Assembly: GCA_030648835.1 (NCBI GenBank)
Contig: JAUSGT010000003.1
Coordinates: 65,307-129,306 of the forward strand
Direction: 5' to 3'
DNA from: Candidatus Moraniibacteriota bacterium
GTDB lineage: Bacteria > Patescibacteriota > Minisyncoccia > Moranbacterales > UBA1568
Length of the DNA stretch: 64,000 nucleotides
Each line of letters starts with the position of its first letter. Position 1 is the stretch's first letter. Shown here one piece after another: positions 18,157-26,967 of the stretch. A program made the translations under genes and the position numbers. The notes under the pieces are model-generated. The model was not told where the DNA came from. It saw only the letters and a program-made list of their open reading frames with translations, and did not search any database.

Positions 18157-18869
18157 GAGATTTTTTCAAAGCCTTCTCTCTCGATCTTCTTCGCCAGAGC
18201 GCCCTTGCCTGTTTTGACGAGGCGCCCTACCTTCATAATGAGGACTTCTTGTGGTTTGATATAGCGCAAAAGGCGCGTGGAGTGGGTAATGAACACAAGC
18301 GTGGTTTTTTTGGAGAGGTGTTTTTTTAAAAACCGGGAAATCGTTTTCAGAGCGTCCACATCAACGCCGGTGTCGATTTCATCGAACAGAGCGAACTGTG
18401 GTTTTAGGAGAACTGCCTGGAGAGCCTCAAGCTTTTTCTTTTCTCCACCGGAGAATCCGTCATTCAAGGATCGCTTCAGAAGCTCTTCTTTGATGTGAAG
18501 TTCTTTGGCATAGGCTTTCACTCGGCCGTGAAGTGTCACGGGATCAATCTGTTTTTCCAACGCCAGGCGCAGGAGTTCGAAGACGGTCACACCGGGGAGT
18601 GTCATGGGTGTTTGGAAGGAGAGAAATATTCCAAGCTTGGCGCGTTTATCAGGCGAGAGGTTTTTGATATTCTTACCACTGACGAGAATTTTTGATACGC
18701 GCGAGTACGTGATCTGGGGGTGCCCCATGATGGCGGCTGCCAGGGTGGATTTTCCGGATCCATTCGGACCCATAAGGGCGTAGGTTTTTCCTACGTGAAA
18801 ATCAAATGAGATATTGTCTAGAATTTTCTTGTCTTCGATAGAGACGGAAAGGTTTTTGATGTGTAGCAT
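18153..18869 (-). CDS. sufC: Fe-S cluster assembly ATPase SufC; start at internal Met (MLHIKNL) of the longer track ORF
   Basis: Walker A GPNGSGKST, ABC signature FSGGEKKKLEAL, Walker B ALFDEIDTG. Confidence 0.9.
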   Translation of the reverse strand: MLHIKNLSVSIEDKKILDNISFDFHVGKTYALMGPNGSGKSTLAAAIMGHPQITYSRVSKILVSGKNIKNLSPDKRAKLGIFLSFQTPMTLPGVTVFELLRLALEKQIDPVTLHGRVKAYAKELHIKEELLKRSLNDGFSGGEKKKLEALQAVLLKPQFALFDEIDTGVDVDALKTISRFLKKHLSKKTTLVFITHSTRLLRYIKPQEVLIMKVGRLVKTGKGALAKKIEREGFEKIS

Positions 18870-18879
18870 AGTATGGGCT

Positions 18880-19290
18880 TTAGGAAGTAGTATTCTTTGG
18901 AACCAAACTGCCGAGTGATATATTTGAAAGAGTTTCTTTGACTTTATTTTCCAGGGTGCGCCATACTTCATTGGTTTGGCAATGACTGACCTGGAGGCAG
19001 GGGAGAGCCCCCTTGACGGGTGCGGAGAAAGTTTTGATGGGACCGTCGAGCTCACAGAGGATATCCCAGACGCTGATTTCTTTGGCGGGACGGGCCAGGA
19101 CATATCCACCGGTCATACCTTTATGTGCCATAACCAAGTTGGCTCGGCGTAAGGATTGAAGAATCTTCTCGAGATAATCTTCGGGGATATGTTCTGCGTT
19201 TGCAATAGTATGAGTAGACAGCGGTTTGTCACTCTGTGCGAGAGCGAGCACCGCCCGAAGCCCATAATAAGCCTTTTTTGAGATTTTCAT
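18880..19290 (-). CDS. Rrf2-family transcriptional regulator (IscR/SufR-like), first gene of suf operon
   Basis: N-terminal wHTH YGLRAVLALA...; C-terminal Cys ligands (CELDGP...C..SHC). Confidence 0.8.
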   Translation of the reverse strand: MKISKKAYYGLRAVLALAQSDKPLSTHTIANAEHIPEDYLEKILQSLRRANLVMAHKGMTGGYVLARPAKEISVWDILCELDGPIKTFSAPVKGALPCLQVSHCQTNEVWRTLENKVKETLSNISLGSLVPKNTTS

Positions 19291-19325
19291 AAATGTGGAC
19301 TAATATTGTCTGATTTTAGAATAAG

Positions 19326-20408
19326 TTGCTCTCTTTGTCAAATGTCATACGATTTACACCCGGCGTGGTGGTATACTATATGCGCTTTATGAATGATATA
19401 AACAAACCCTTTCTTGGGTTCTGGGAAAAATTGGAGAAGCCATTTTTCGTTCTGGCGCCGCTGGCCAACGTCACGGACGCTGTTTTTCGGCGTGTTATAA
19501 ATAAATATTCCAAGCCGGATGTGATGTGGACAGAGTTTGTTTCGGCGGACGGATTGTGTCACCCGGACGGGAAAACCGCTCTTCTACGAGATCTTTCATA
19601 TACCGAAGGAGAACGGCCGATTGTGGCGCAGCTTTTTACCGCGCATCCAAAAAAAATGTTTGAAGCGGCGAAATTGGTAGCGGAATTGGGTTTCGATGGT
19701 ATCGATATCAATATGGGGTGTCCGGACAAGAACGTGATGAAGCAGGGTGCCGGAGCAAATCTGATGAAAGATCCAAAACTGGCGCAAGAGCTTATCATTG
19801 CTGCGCGCGAGGGTACAATTGCTTGTGGGAGAGAACTCCCTATCTCGGTGAAGACACGTCTCGGTTTCAATGAAGATAATTTGGAAGTTTGGTTGTTAGC
19901 ACTGCTCCAAATGCGACCGGCCGTTATTACGGTACATGCCCGGACGAAGAAAGAAATGTCCAAGGTGCCGGCTCGCTGGGGATCCGTGAAGCGCGCGGTA
20001 GAAATTGCAGCGTGGAGCGGTACGCTCATCATCGGCAATGGCGATGTAAAAGATCTAGAGGACGCGGGGAACAAGATCCGGGAAACCGGAGCCGATGGCG
20101 CAATGCTTGGGCGGGCAATCTTTGGTAACCCGTGGCTATTTGATAGAAATAAAATCGCGGTCACGGTAGAAGAAAAATTGTGTGCAACTGTTTTTCATAC
20201 GCAACTGTTTGAAGAGGTGTGGAAAGATACCAAAAGTTTCGAGCTGATGAAGAAACATTACCAGGCTTACGTCAATCATTTCCCGCAAGCCAAAGAACTG
20301 CGCGCGAAACTGATGGCGTGCCATAGCGCGCAGGATGTAGAAAAAACGATAGAAGAATTTTTGAAAAGCTATCCTGATATTGCAGTTCAGTCTGTAGTAG
20401 TCGCTTGA
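19326..20408 (+). CDS. dus: tRNA-dihydrouridine synthase (true start probably 19380 or 19389)
   Basis: DINMGCP motif, FMN-binding TIM-barrel blocks, C-terminal helical domain. Confidence 0.85.
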   Translation: MLSLSNVIRFTPGVVVYYMRFMNDINKPFLGFWEKLEKPFFVLAPLANVTDAVFRRVINKYSKPDVMWTEFVSADGLCHPDGKTALLRDLSYTEGERPIVAQLFTAHPKKMFEAAKLVAELGFDGIDINMGCPDKNVMKQGAGANLMKDPKLAQELIIAAREGTIACGRELPISVKTRLGFNEDNLEVWLLALLQMRPAVITVHARTKKEMSKVPARWGSVKRAVEIAAWSGTLIIGNGDVKDLEDAGNKIRETGADGAMLGRAIFGNPWLFDRNKIAVTVEEKLCATVFHTQLFEEVWKDTKSFELMKKHYQAYVNHFPQAKELRAKLMACHSAQDVEKTIEEFLKSYPDIAVQSVVVA

Positions 20409-20417
20409 TAAAAAAAT

Positions 20418-20452
20418 TGCCCCCGACGCGTAATGCTATACGCCGGGGGTCT
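20418..20452. terminator. GC-rich hairpin between convergent dus and pyrC
   Basis: GCCCCCGACGCGtaatgctataCGCCGGGGGTC (imperfect stem) preceded by an A-run. Confidence 0.5.
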
Positions 20453-20501
20453 CTGGTTGCACTAAGTTGGGCCTGAAAAGGTGGTGAACAGCGGTCTTGT
20501 A

Positions 20502-21647
20502 CTATGCCGCTTCCCGAAGCTCCAAGTACTCCAGACGCTCAACACGCCATGGGAGCGTTTCGCCGGCGCAGAGGGGCACCACGGTATGTTCGCCGAACGC
20601 GTATTCGGCCGGTACGAGGAGCGGCTTGCGTTCGAGCACAATCTTTGCCGTGTTGCGTGGCAGACCGTAGTGATCAGGACCAAAATGGGATGCGAACCCT
20701 TCAAATTTGTCGAGCGCATCGGCGTCTTCAAACACCTTGGTATAAAGCGACAGGGCGAAAGGTGCTGAGAAACACCCAGCACAACCACAAGTATTTTCTT
20801 TGGTATGCCTGGCATGTGGTGCCGAGTCAGTACCGAGAAAGAACTTGGGATTACCTGAGGTGACGGCTTTAACGAGCTCTTCTCGGTCACAGCGTTTCTT
20901 GAGGATAGGCTTGCAATAGAGATGTGGCTGGATAGAATTTCCCAGCATATCGTTGCGGTCATACATGAGATGTTGTGGAGTGAGGGTAGCCGCTACGGTT
21001 GGCGGCGCTTCGAGAACGACGGCCAGAGCATGAGCCGATGTCAGATGCTCAATCACCATTTTGAGTCCGGAAAATTTCCTGAATGCCCATGGGAGTTCTG
21101 TATCCGCAAAACGTTGTTCGCGGTAAAAGACGTCGGTGTTGGGGTCAGCTACCTCTCCATGGATTTCCAATACCAGACCGTGTTTTTCCATGGCCGCAAG
21201 CACGTGTGGTATCTTCGAGAGACTTGTGAGACCGGCTTCGGAGTTGGTGGTCTGCCCTGCCGGGTAATACTTTGCCCCGATGACAAATCCACTTTTAGCC
21301 GCCTCCTCAATTTCCTGAACAGTTGTTGCTTCTGTCAGGTAAAGTGTCATGAGCGGAAAGCGCTCAGCCACATCAAGGGGGGAGCCATGCTCGATGAGCG
21401 ATTTTACGATGCGGAGGCGATACCCGCGTGCTTGTGCCACAGTCGTTACGGCAGGTTTCAAGTTAGGCATGATTATCGCCCGTCCGAAGACCTTGGCCGA
21501 GAGATAAGCTATGTCATGCATAGCTTCGCCATCGCGCAAATGAAGATGCCAATCGTCTGGCTGTGTCAATTCTAACCGTTCAAGTGGCTTCTTGGCGAAG
21601 CCTCTGACGGGTCTATTCGGGTTTAGCGTAGTTACCTGCATTGACAT
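20502..21647 (-). CDS. pyrC: dihydroorotase, type II (E. coli PyrC-like); GC-rich relative to surroundings
   Basis: DDWHLHLRDG near the N-terminus, AIIMPNLKP, FFLGTDSAPH; alignable to E. coli PyrC along its whole length. Confidence 0.85.
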   Translation of the reverse strand: MSMQVTTLNPNRPVRGFAKKPLERLELTQPDDWHLHLRDGEAMHDIAYLSAKVFGRAIIMPNLKPAVTTVAQARGYRLRIVKSLIEHGSPLDVAERFPLMTLYLTEATTVQEIEEAAKSGFVIGAKYYPAGQTTNSEAGLTSLSKIPHVLAAMEKHGLVLEIHGEVADPNTDVFYREQRFADTELPWAFRKFSGLKMVIEHLTSAHALAVVLEAPPTVAATLTPQHLMYDRNDMLGNSIQPHLYCKPILKKRCDREELVKAVTSGNPKFFLGTDSAPHARHTKENTCGCAGCFSAPFALSLYTKVFEDADALDKFEGFASHFGPDHYGLPRNTAKIVLERKPLLVPAEYAFGEHTVVPLCAGETLPWRVERLEYLELREAA

Positions 21648-21693
21648 GAATCTTCTCCTTCAGTATTTGTGGCCGAACTATGGCCTGGGATTT

Positions 21694-22572
21694 TCAGATA
21701 GGATGTTGTTCGATAATGTCCACGAATTGAGCAAGGGCGTCACCGAAAACGCGAGCGTCTTCAGTGAAATACCAGGCGCTGCCGAATTGTACTTCATTAG
21801 CACCAACTTTCATGAATTCCCACATATCGCGGCCGTTTTTAGCGCCACCGACGCCGATGATGTGATGGTCTGGGAGCATTTTACGCAGCTGCACAATTTG
21901 TCCGAGGACAATTGGTTTGAAGCCACTTCCGCCGTAGCCGCCGAGGTGTTCGCCAAAATCAATGGCTGGGCGAAAATCTTCACGGAACATATAGGCGTTG
22001 CCCGCGGTGTTGCAAGCGACGACGGCTATGTCGTAAGGACGGATCGCGTCAGTCACTTCTGTCGGTACAACTGGTAAGTAAGGCGAAAGTTTGAGACGTA
22101 GTTTGCACGCTTTACCGGCGATGCCGACGAATGTGTGGATGGCGCGTTTCAAATCTTCCGGATAGTAGGAAAGCGGGATCTTTTGCGCGTTGCCGACGAA
22201 GACATGATTACAACCGGCATTGAGTTCAGCTATGGGAACACGCAGTTTCACGCATTCTTCCGCCAGTTTTACCATGTCACCAGGATCAATCGGTGGAACG
22301 CTCAGCGCGAGTGTCTTTCCGCAAGCTTCTGCTTGTGCAATCATTTCCGGTAAGTGCTCCCGGTACCACTCGATCCCGCCATTGGGAAGTCCCAATGAAT
22401 TTACGCTGCCATTATCATCTTGGTACTCGTTGTTTCCGGGATTGGTATCACGTTGCTTTACTGACATAGGCCCGACCGTGATGATATCTGCGGCCGATTT
22501 CAGGAGTTTTTCGAAGAGACTCCGCCGATTACATGTGCCAGCGGCGTTGCCGACTTTCGGAATGTCGTTCAT
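21694..22572 (-). CDS. dihydroorotate dehydrogenase family protein (class 1-like, or dihydropyrimidine dehydrogenase PreA-like)
   Basis: N-terminal GNAAG, GLPNGG, catalytic-loop Cys in ELNAGCNHV, C-terminal GVGG...G. Confidence 0.7.
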   Translation of the reverse strand: MNDIPKVGNAAGTCNRRSLFEKLLKSAADIITVGPMSVKQRDTNPGNNEYQDDNGSVNSLGLPNGGIEWYREHLPEMIAQAEACGKTLALSVPPIDPGDMVKLAEECVKLRVPIAELNAGCNHVFVGNAQKIPLSYYPEDLKRAIHTFVGIAGKACKLRLKLSPYLPVVPTEVTDAIRPYDIAVVACNTAGNAYMFREDFRPAIDFGEHLGGYGGSGFKPIVLGQIVQLRKMLPDHHIIGVGGAKNGRDMWEFMKVGANEVQFGSAWYFTEDARVFGDALAQFVDIIEQHPI

Positions 22573-22703
22573 GGTCTGGTTTTCCTTTCAAAATTCGTTG
22601 ATCAAGTTGTTCAAGGACTGCAAAACCGATGTTTCGGCTTTGGTTCATGATAGGGGAACGAGAGTGGAGAGTCAAGAAGACGTAGCTTGAATTAGCCATT
22701 CTC

Positions 22704-22711
22704 TGTATAAT
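22704..22711 (+). promoter_or_regulatory. extended -10 TGTATAAT upstream of MFS transporter gene
   Basis: TGTATAAT 35 nt upstream of the ATG at 22747. Confidence 0.4.
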
Positions 22712-22746
22712 GAAGAACGTACCAAATAAGTGAAATAAAGCAGTTT

Positions 22747-24027
22747 ATGTCAAAAGTGAAACTCTGGTATCTCTACGACTTCGCCAATTCATTTGCTTCT
22801 TCGGTGGTGATTTTTTATTTTCCGCTTTTATTATTACGAGGCGGTGCCAGCGATACATGGATCGGATTGGCAACGGCCATATCGACCGTCATTTTACTCA
22901 TATTTTACCCTGGTCTCGGACGTAGAGCAGATGAGAGCCAGAAGAGAAGAATGAAGTATATGATATTTTCGTCCGTTTCTATGTTGCTGGCGTTGTATGC
23001 TATGGGCATCATAACGAATGTTTATGCCGAACACTACACTTTTTTTCTCTTGTTTCTGTTGTGTTTGCTTTACATTGTTTTTCAGGTTTCCTTTCAAGGA
23101 TCGTATGTATTCTATACGGCTTTCATGCAAAACTTTAGAGACACCGGCCATAACAAGGACCGAGTCTCTAGCCTCGGCATGGGACTGGGACAGTTGGGTA
23201 ATGCCGTGAGTATCGGTATTATGGGAGCATTCGTGGTAAACAGTTCGCTTATGCTATTTGGGGTGAATGGCAATAGCTTAGCACTCATTCTTGGGGCGAC
23301 GATATTTATCGTTTTAGCCATCCCCTTTCTCATACAGAAGGTGGGAGACGCGGATGTGAGCAGAGTAAAAGAGGCAGAAAAAAGATTCACGTTCGGTGAA
23401 TTTATTAAGAAAGTTTTTAAAAACAAAAAACTATTTTTCTATTTGCTCGGCTATATGTTCGTGGCGGATTCTATCGCGACGCTTCAGATATATATGACGC
23501 TGTACCTCAAAAATGTTTTTGGTTTCACGGAAAGAATGTCGAGTCTTGGTGGTGTTATCAGTCTCTCGATGCTGTTTGTGACATGTATGCTCGTCGGGGG
23601 CTGGGCGCACAAAATTATTGGCAAGAATAGGATGCTCACTCTCGGTGGTACTGTCTATATTTGTGCCTTTATTCTTTTCGGTTTGGCTCCGAATGTTCCG
23701 TTGTATGGCTATTTGAGCCTTTCCTTCGCCGGTATCGCTTACGGTCTCTTTTTCCCATTGGCTCGCTCGTTGTATTCGGATATCGTACCCAAAGAATCTC
23801 AAGCGGAATATTTTAGCTCGTTTGTTATTTTTGAAAGAGCGGCTACTGTCATCGGCCCTGTTGTCTGGGTCACTGTGTTCGAGCTACTCGGTGCCTATCC
23901 GGTAGAATACCGTTATCGGGCGAATGTGATGGCGCTGGCGTTGACGGCTATGCTGGGGCTGTATTTTATCAAAAAGTCTTTTACAATGAAGAATCAGACA
24001 GAAATTCTTCACATACTGAAAACGTGA
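22747..24027 (+). CDS. MFS transporter (12 TM)
   Basis: Hydropathy; conserved MFS loop GRRADESQKRR between TM2 and TM3. Confidence 0.75.
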   Translation: MSKVKLWYLYDFANSFASSVVIFYFPLLLLRGGASDTWIGLATAISTVILLIFYPGLGRRADESQKRRMKYMIFSSVSMLLALYAMGIITNVYAEHYTFFLLFLLCLLYIVFQVSFQGSYVFYTAFMQNFRDTGHNKDRVSSLGMGLGQLGNAVSIGIMGAFVVNSSLMLFGVNGNSLALILGATIFIVLAIPFLIQKVGDADVSRVKEAEKRFTFGEFIKKVFKNKKLFFYLLGYMFVADSIATLQIYMTLYLKNVFGFTERMSSLGGVISLSMLFVTCMLVGGWAHKIIGKNRMLTLGGTVYICAFILFGLAPNVPLYGYLSLSFAGIAYGLFFPLARSLYSDIVPKESQAEYFSSFVIFERAATVIGPVVWVTVFELLGAYPVEYRYRANVMALALTAMLGLYFIKKSFTMKNQTEILHILKT

Positions 24028-24030
24028 GAG

Positions 24031-24074
24031 GGGTACTTTTGTCGCAATCGCGGAAAAAGTACCCTTCTGTTTTG
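24031..24074 (+). terminator. Rho-independent terminator after MFS gene
   Basis: GGGTACTTTTgtcgcaatcgcggaAAAAGTACCC followed by TTCTGTTTTG. Confidence 0.75.
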
Positions 24075-24104
24075 CGGGCCTCAATAATTTTAGACTTTTA
24101 AGCT

Positions 24105-25208
24105 ATGAAAATTGCCGTATTGGTATCAGGAGGAGTGGATAGTTCGGTGGCTTTGCGTCTTTTGAAAGATGAGGGGCATGAACTGACTGCTTTTTATCTC
24201 AAAATCTGGCTGGAGGATGAATTGGCTTTCTTAGGAGAGTGTCCTTGGGAGGATGACTTGTCGTACGTGCGCGCCGTCTGCGAACAAGCCGGTGTGCCGC
24301 TGCAAATTGTGCCGTTTCAGAAAGAATACTGGGAGCGGGTGGTGGCGTACACGATTGATGAGGTGAAGGCCGGACGCACTCCCAATCCGGATATGCTCTG
24401 CAACGCGCGCATTAAATTTGGCGCGTTCTATGATGTCTTTGGAAAGAACTTTGACAAAGTAGCCACGGGACATTATGCGAATGTAGTCGACGGCTACCCT
24501 GAACCCGATTCAGGGTCTGGATTCCGGGTCAAGCCCGGAACGACAAGTCGGTTCTTTTTAAAGAAGACTCCGGATACTATCAAGGACCAGACATATTTTC
24601 TTTCGCAACTCTCGCAGGAGCAACTTTCCAAAGCTTTATTTCCAATCGGCGGATATACAAAAAAAGAAGTGCGTGCATTGGCAGAGAAATTCCAACTCCC
24701 CAATGCCAAACGCAAGGATAGCCAGGGCATCTGTTTTTTGGGGAAGATCCCTTTTGATAAGTTTCTGGAATATCATTTGGGAAAACGTCCGGGAAAGCTT
24801 ATTGAATATGAAACCAAAAAAGTGTTGGGCGAGCATAGCGGCTTCTGGTACTTTACGGTGGGGCAGCGGCGTGGCATCAAGCTATCTGGTGGGCCATGGT
24901 ATGTGGTGAAGAAGGATGCCGAAACGAATGAAATTTTCATCTCGCACGGAGAGCATCACGAAGAATTGGCACGTGGCTCATTCATAGTCGGAGGGCTGAA
25001 TTGGATTTCTGGCGCGCCTTCAAAGAAAACTGAATTTCAGATCAAAGTGCGACATGGCGCTAAAATGTATCCCGCAGTAATCAAGTCTTTAGGAGAAAAT
25101 CAGATAAAAGTCTCATTAAAAAAAGAGACTGACCAGGGCATTGCCGCGGGTCAGTTTGCCGTCTTCTACGACGGTGAAATTTGTCTTGGCGGGGGAACTA
25201 TAGAATAG
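24105..25208 (+). CDS. mnmA: tRNA-specific 2-thiouridylase
   Basis: PP-loop VLVSGGVDSSV, catalytic Cys regions; contains a degenerate in-frame palindromic insert (YPEPDSGSGFRVKPGTTS). Confidence 0.9.
   Translation: MKIAVLVSGGVDSSVALRLLKDEGHELTAFYLKIWLEDELAFLGECPWEDDLSYVRAVCEQAGVPLQIVPFQKEYWERVVAYTIDEVKAGRTPNPDMLCNARIKFGAFYDVFGKNFDKVATGHYANVVDGYPEPDSGSGFRVKPGTTSRFFLKKTPDTIKDQTYFLSQLSQEQLSKALFPIGGYTKKEVRALAEKFQLPNAKRKDSQGICFLGKIPFDKFLEYHLGKRPGKLIEYETKKVLGEHSGFWYFTVGQRRGIKLSGGPWYVVKKDAETNEIFISHGEHHEELARGSFIVGGLNWISGAPSKKTEFQIKVRHGAKMYPAVIKSLGENQIKVSLKKETDQGIAAGQFAVFYDGEICLGGGTIE
24496..24546 (+). repeat. degenerate copy of the palindromic insertion element inside mnmA
   Basis: TACCCTGAACCCGATTCAGGGTCTGGATTCCGGGTCAAGCCCGGAACGACA; the 3' half matches the tatD/xseA copies (CTGGATYCCGGGTCAAGCCCGG). 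Confidence 0.6.
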
Positions 25209-25252
25209 CTTTTAGTTTCTGGCTTTTAGAAAAAAATTAAAACTCTCAGAAG

Positions 25253-26344
25253 ATGTCTATGACTATCAGAAAAGATAAAATAGCTTTTTTTGAAAAGTCG
25301 CTTTTTGATTTCTTCCGCAAAGCGGGGCGGGAGCATTTGCCGTGGCGCAAAAAGAAAATCACGGCCTATGAAGTGTGGGTAGCGGAAGTGATGCTCCAGC
25401 AGACGCAGGTTTCGCGTGTTATCGGTTATTATGAGCGCTTTTTGAAGCAGTTCCCAATCGTTCAGAAACTAGCGCGAGTTTCGTGGGAGGAATTTCTGCC
25501 ATATTACGAGGGGCTGGGTTATTACACGCGTGGCCGCAATATGCTTGAAACGGCGAAAAAAGTGGTGAAGGATTACGGTGGAAAGTTTCCACGGGATAAA
25601 AAACTTTTGGAGACATTGCCAGGTGTCGGTCCCTATACGGCAGCAGCTATCATGAGCTTTGCCTACGGTGATGATCATCTGGCTTGGGATACGAACCTGA
25701 GGCGGGTGATCGGGCGATTTTTTTTCGGAACGAAGAATTTTGCTTCTGTCATTCCGGCCTACGAGCCGGAATCTAGATCCCGGGTTCCTCCGAAGGTGGG
25801 CAGGCAATCCGGGATGACATTAAAAAAGTTAGAGGAACAATTTTCTCTCCCCGCGAAAACACTGAACGCGGCGCTTATGGATTTTGGGAGCGCCTTGTGT
25901 GTCGGTCGGCCCAAGTGCGAGGCCTGCGCTCTGCGGAATCGGTGCGTGTACTATCGAGAGAAGGGGAGACAGGAAACAGTCAGCAGTCAACAGTCAACCC
26001 GCCTGCCGGCGAGGCAGGCAAAAAACAAAGGAGAAGATAAGAAACAAGATTGGAAAAACGCGCAGGTATATGTTTTTTTGCATGAGAATCATCGGAAATA
26101 TTTTTCATCCAGCAAAAGGCAGTTTAGGCCGTTTGTTTTACCTTCTGGTTATAATACACGCTCCGGCATCAAGAAATATTTTCAGGAGAAATATCAATTG
26201 ACACTTTCTGTCCGGCCACCTTATAAGAAAGAGAGTATCAAAGGAAAACAAATATTTTTTGTGAATGCGCAGATTCTTCTCGGGGAGCCGGTTTTTCGGG
26301 TGTTTCCGAAAAAACCCGGAAAAGAGTATAATAACGGGTATTAA
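25253..26344 (+). CDS. mutY: A/G-specific adenine DNA glycosylase MutY-like (HhH-GPD plus 4Fe-4S loop) with C-terminal extension
   Basis: VWVAEVMLQQTQVSRVIGYYERF, HhH GVGPYTAAAIMSFAY, Cys cluster CVGRPKCEACALRNRC; an in-frame palindromic insert encodes EPESRSRVPPKVGRQSGMT. Confidence 0.85.
   Translation: MSMTIRKDKIAFFEKSLFDFFRKAGREHLPWRKKKITAYEVWVAEVMLQQTQVSRVIGYYERFLKQFPIVQKLARVSWEEFLPYYEGLGYYTRGRNMLETAKKVVKDYGGKFPRDKKLLETLPGVGPYTAAAIMSFAYGDDHLAWDTNLRRVIGRFFFGTKNFASVIPAYEPESRSRVPPKVGRQSGMTLKKLEEQFSLPAKTLNAALMDFGSALCVGRPKCEACALRNRCVYYREKGRQETVSSQQSTRLPARQAKNKGEDKKQDWKNAQVYVFLHENHRKYFSSSKRQFRPFVLPSGYNTRSGIKKYFQEKYQLTLSVRPPYKKESIKGKQIFFVNAQILLGEPVFRVFPKKPGKEYNNGY
25748..25818 (+). repeat. palindromic insertion element (RPE-like) in-frame within mutY
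   Basis: GTCATTCCGGCCTACGAGCCGGAATCTAGATCCCGGGTTCCTCCGAAGGTGGGCAGGCAATCCGGGATGAC. Confidence 0.8.
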
Positions 26345-26435
26345 ACCCGATTTTACTAGTACTACACTCACTTCGTTTGGTAATAAAAACCAGGACATTT
26401 TTTGTTCCGAGGGGCATAAATAATAATATAATTGT

Positions 26436-26870
26436 ATGGGAAAGTTTTTAGGGCTATTGGTGGTTCTCGTCGTTCTTGGAGGGGGGTTTCTCATTTTTGG
26501 CAAGGGTGGGCAGAAGGTTGAGGCGCCGGTTATTTCCACACCGACTGCAGAGGTGGGTACACCAGCCGCGCCGGTTGGTACATCAGCCGGGGAGACAAAG
26601 GAAGTGGTTGTGAAGGCGAGCAGCTGGGCGTTTGATCCGGCGGAAATCCGTGTCAAAGAAGGGACAAAGGTAAAAATTACCCTGCAAGGGGTTTCCGGTA
26701 CGCACGCGTTTTCTATCCCCGAATTGGGAGTGAACAGCCAGACGGTGAGCGTGGGGGAAACGGCGACGGTGGAATTTGTAGCCAGTAAGAAAGGAGAATT
26801 CTCCTTTAAATGTTCCGTTTTCTGCGGTGAGGGGCACAGCGGTATGACGGGGAAGCTTATTGTTGAATAA
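26436..26870 (+). CDS. membrane-anchored CuA-type cupredoxin domain protein (cytochrome oxidase subunit II-like copper centre, stand-alone)
   Basis: N-terminal TM; TH(A)FSIPELGV then CSVFCGEGHSGM, matching the CuA ligand pattern H...C-x3-C-G-x2-H-x2-M. Confidence 0.75.
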   Translation: MGKFLGLLVVLVVLGGGFLIFGKGGQKVEAPVISTPTAEVGTPAAPVGTSAGETKEVVVKASSWAFDPAEIRVKEGTKVKITLQGVSGTHAFSIPELGVNSQTVSVGETATVEFVASKKGEFSFKCSVFCGEGHSGMTGKLIVE

Positions 26871-26967
26871 ACGTGGCATTCTTTGCAAAAGCTGTCCTAA
26901 CCTGGTTGGGGCGGCTTTTTTGCACTGGTAAAAAGTCCCAAGAGTGCTATACTGAAGAAAAATATTT

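Noticed and set aside
16939-18264. 441-aa plus-strand ORF
   Set aside because: Antisense to sufB; no domain signature; sufB on the minus strand is clearly real.
18880-19109. N-terminal 80 residues of the 318-aa track ORF 18153-19109
   Set aside because: Overlaps the rrf2 gene in another frame; the SufC Walker A lies ~30 residues after the internal Met at 18869, which gives a normal-length SufC.
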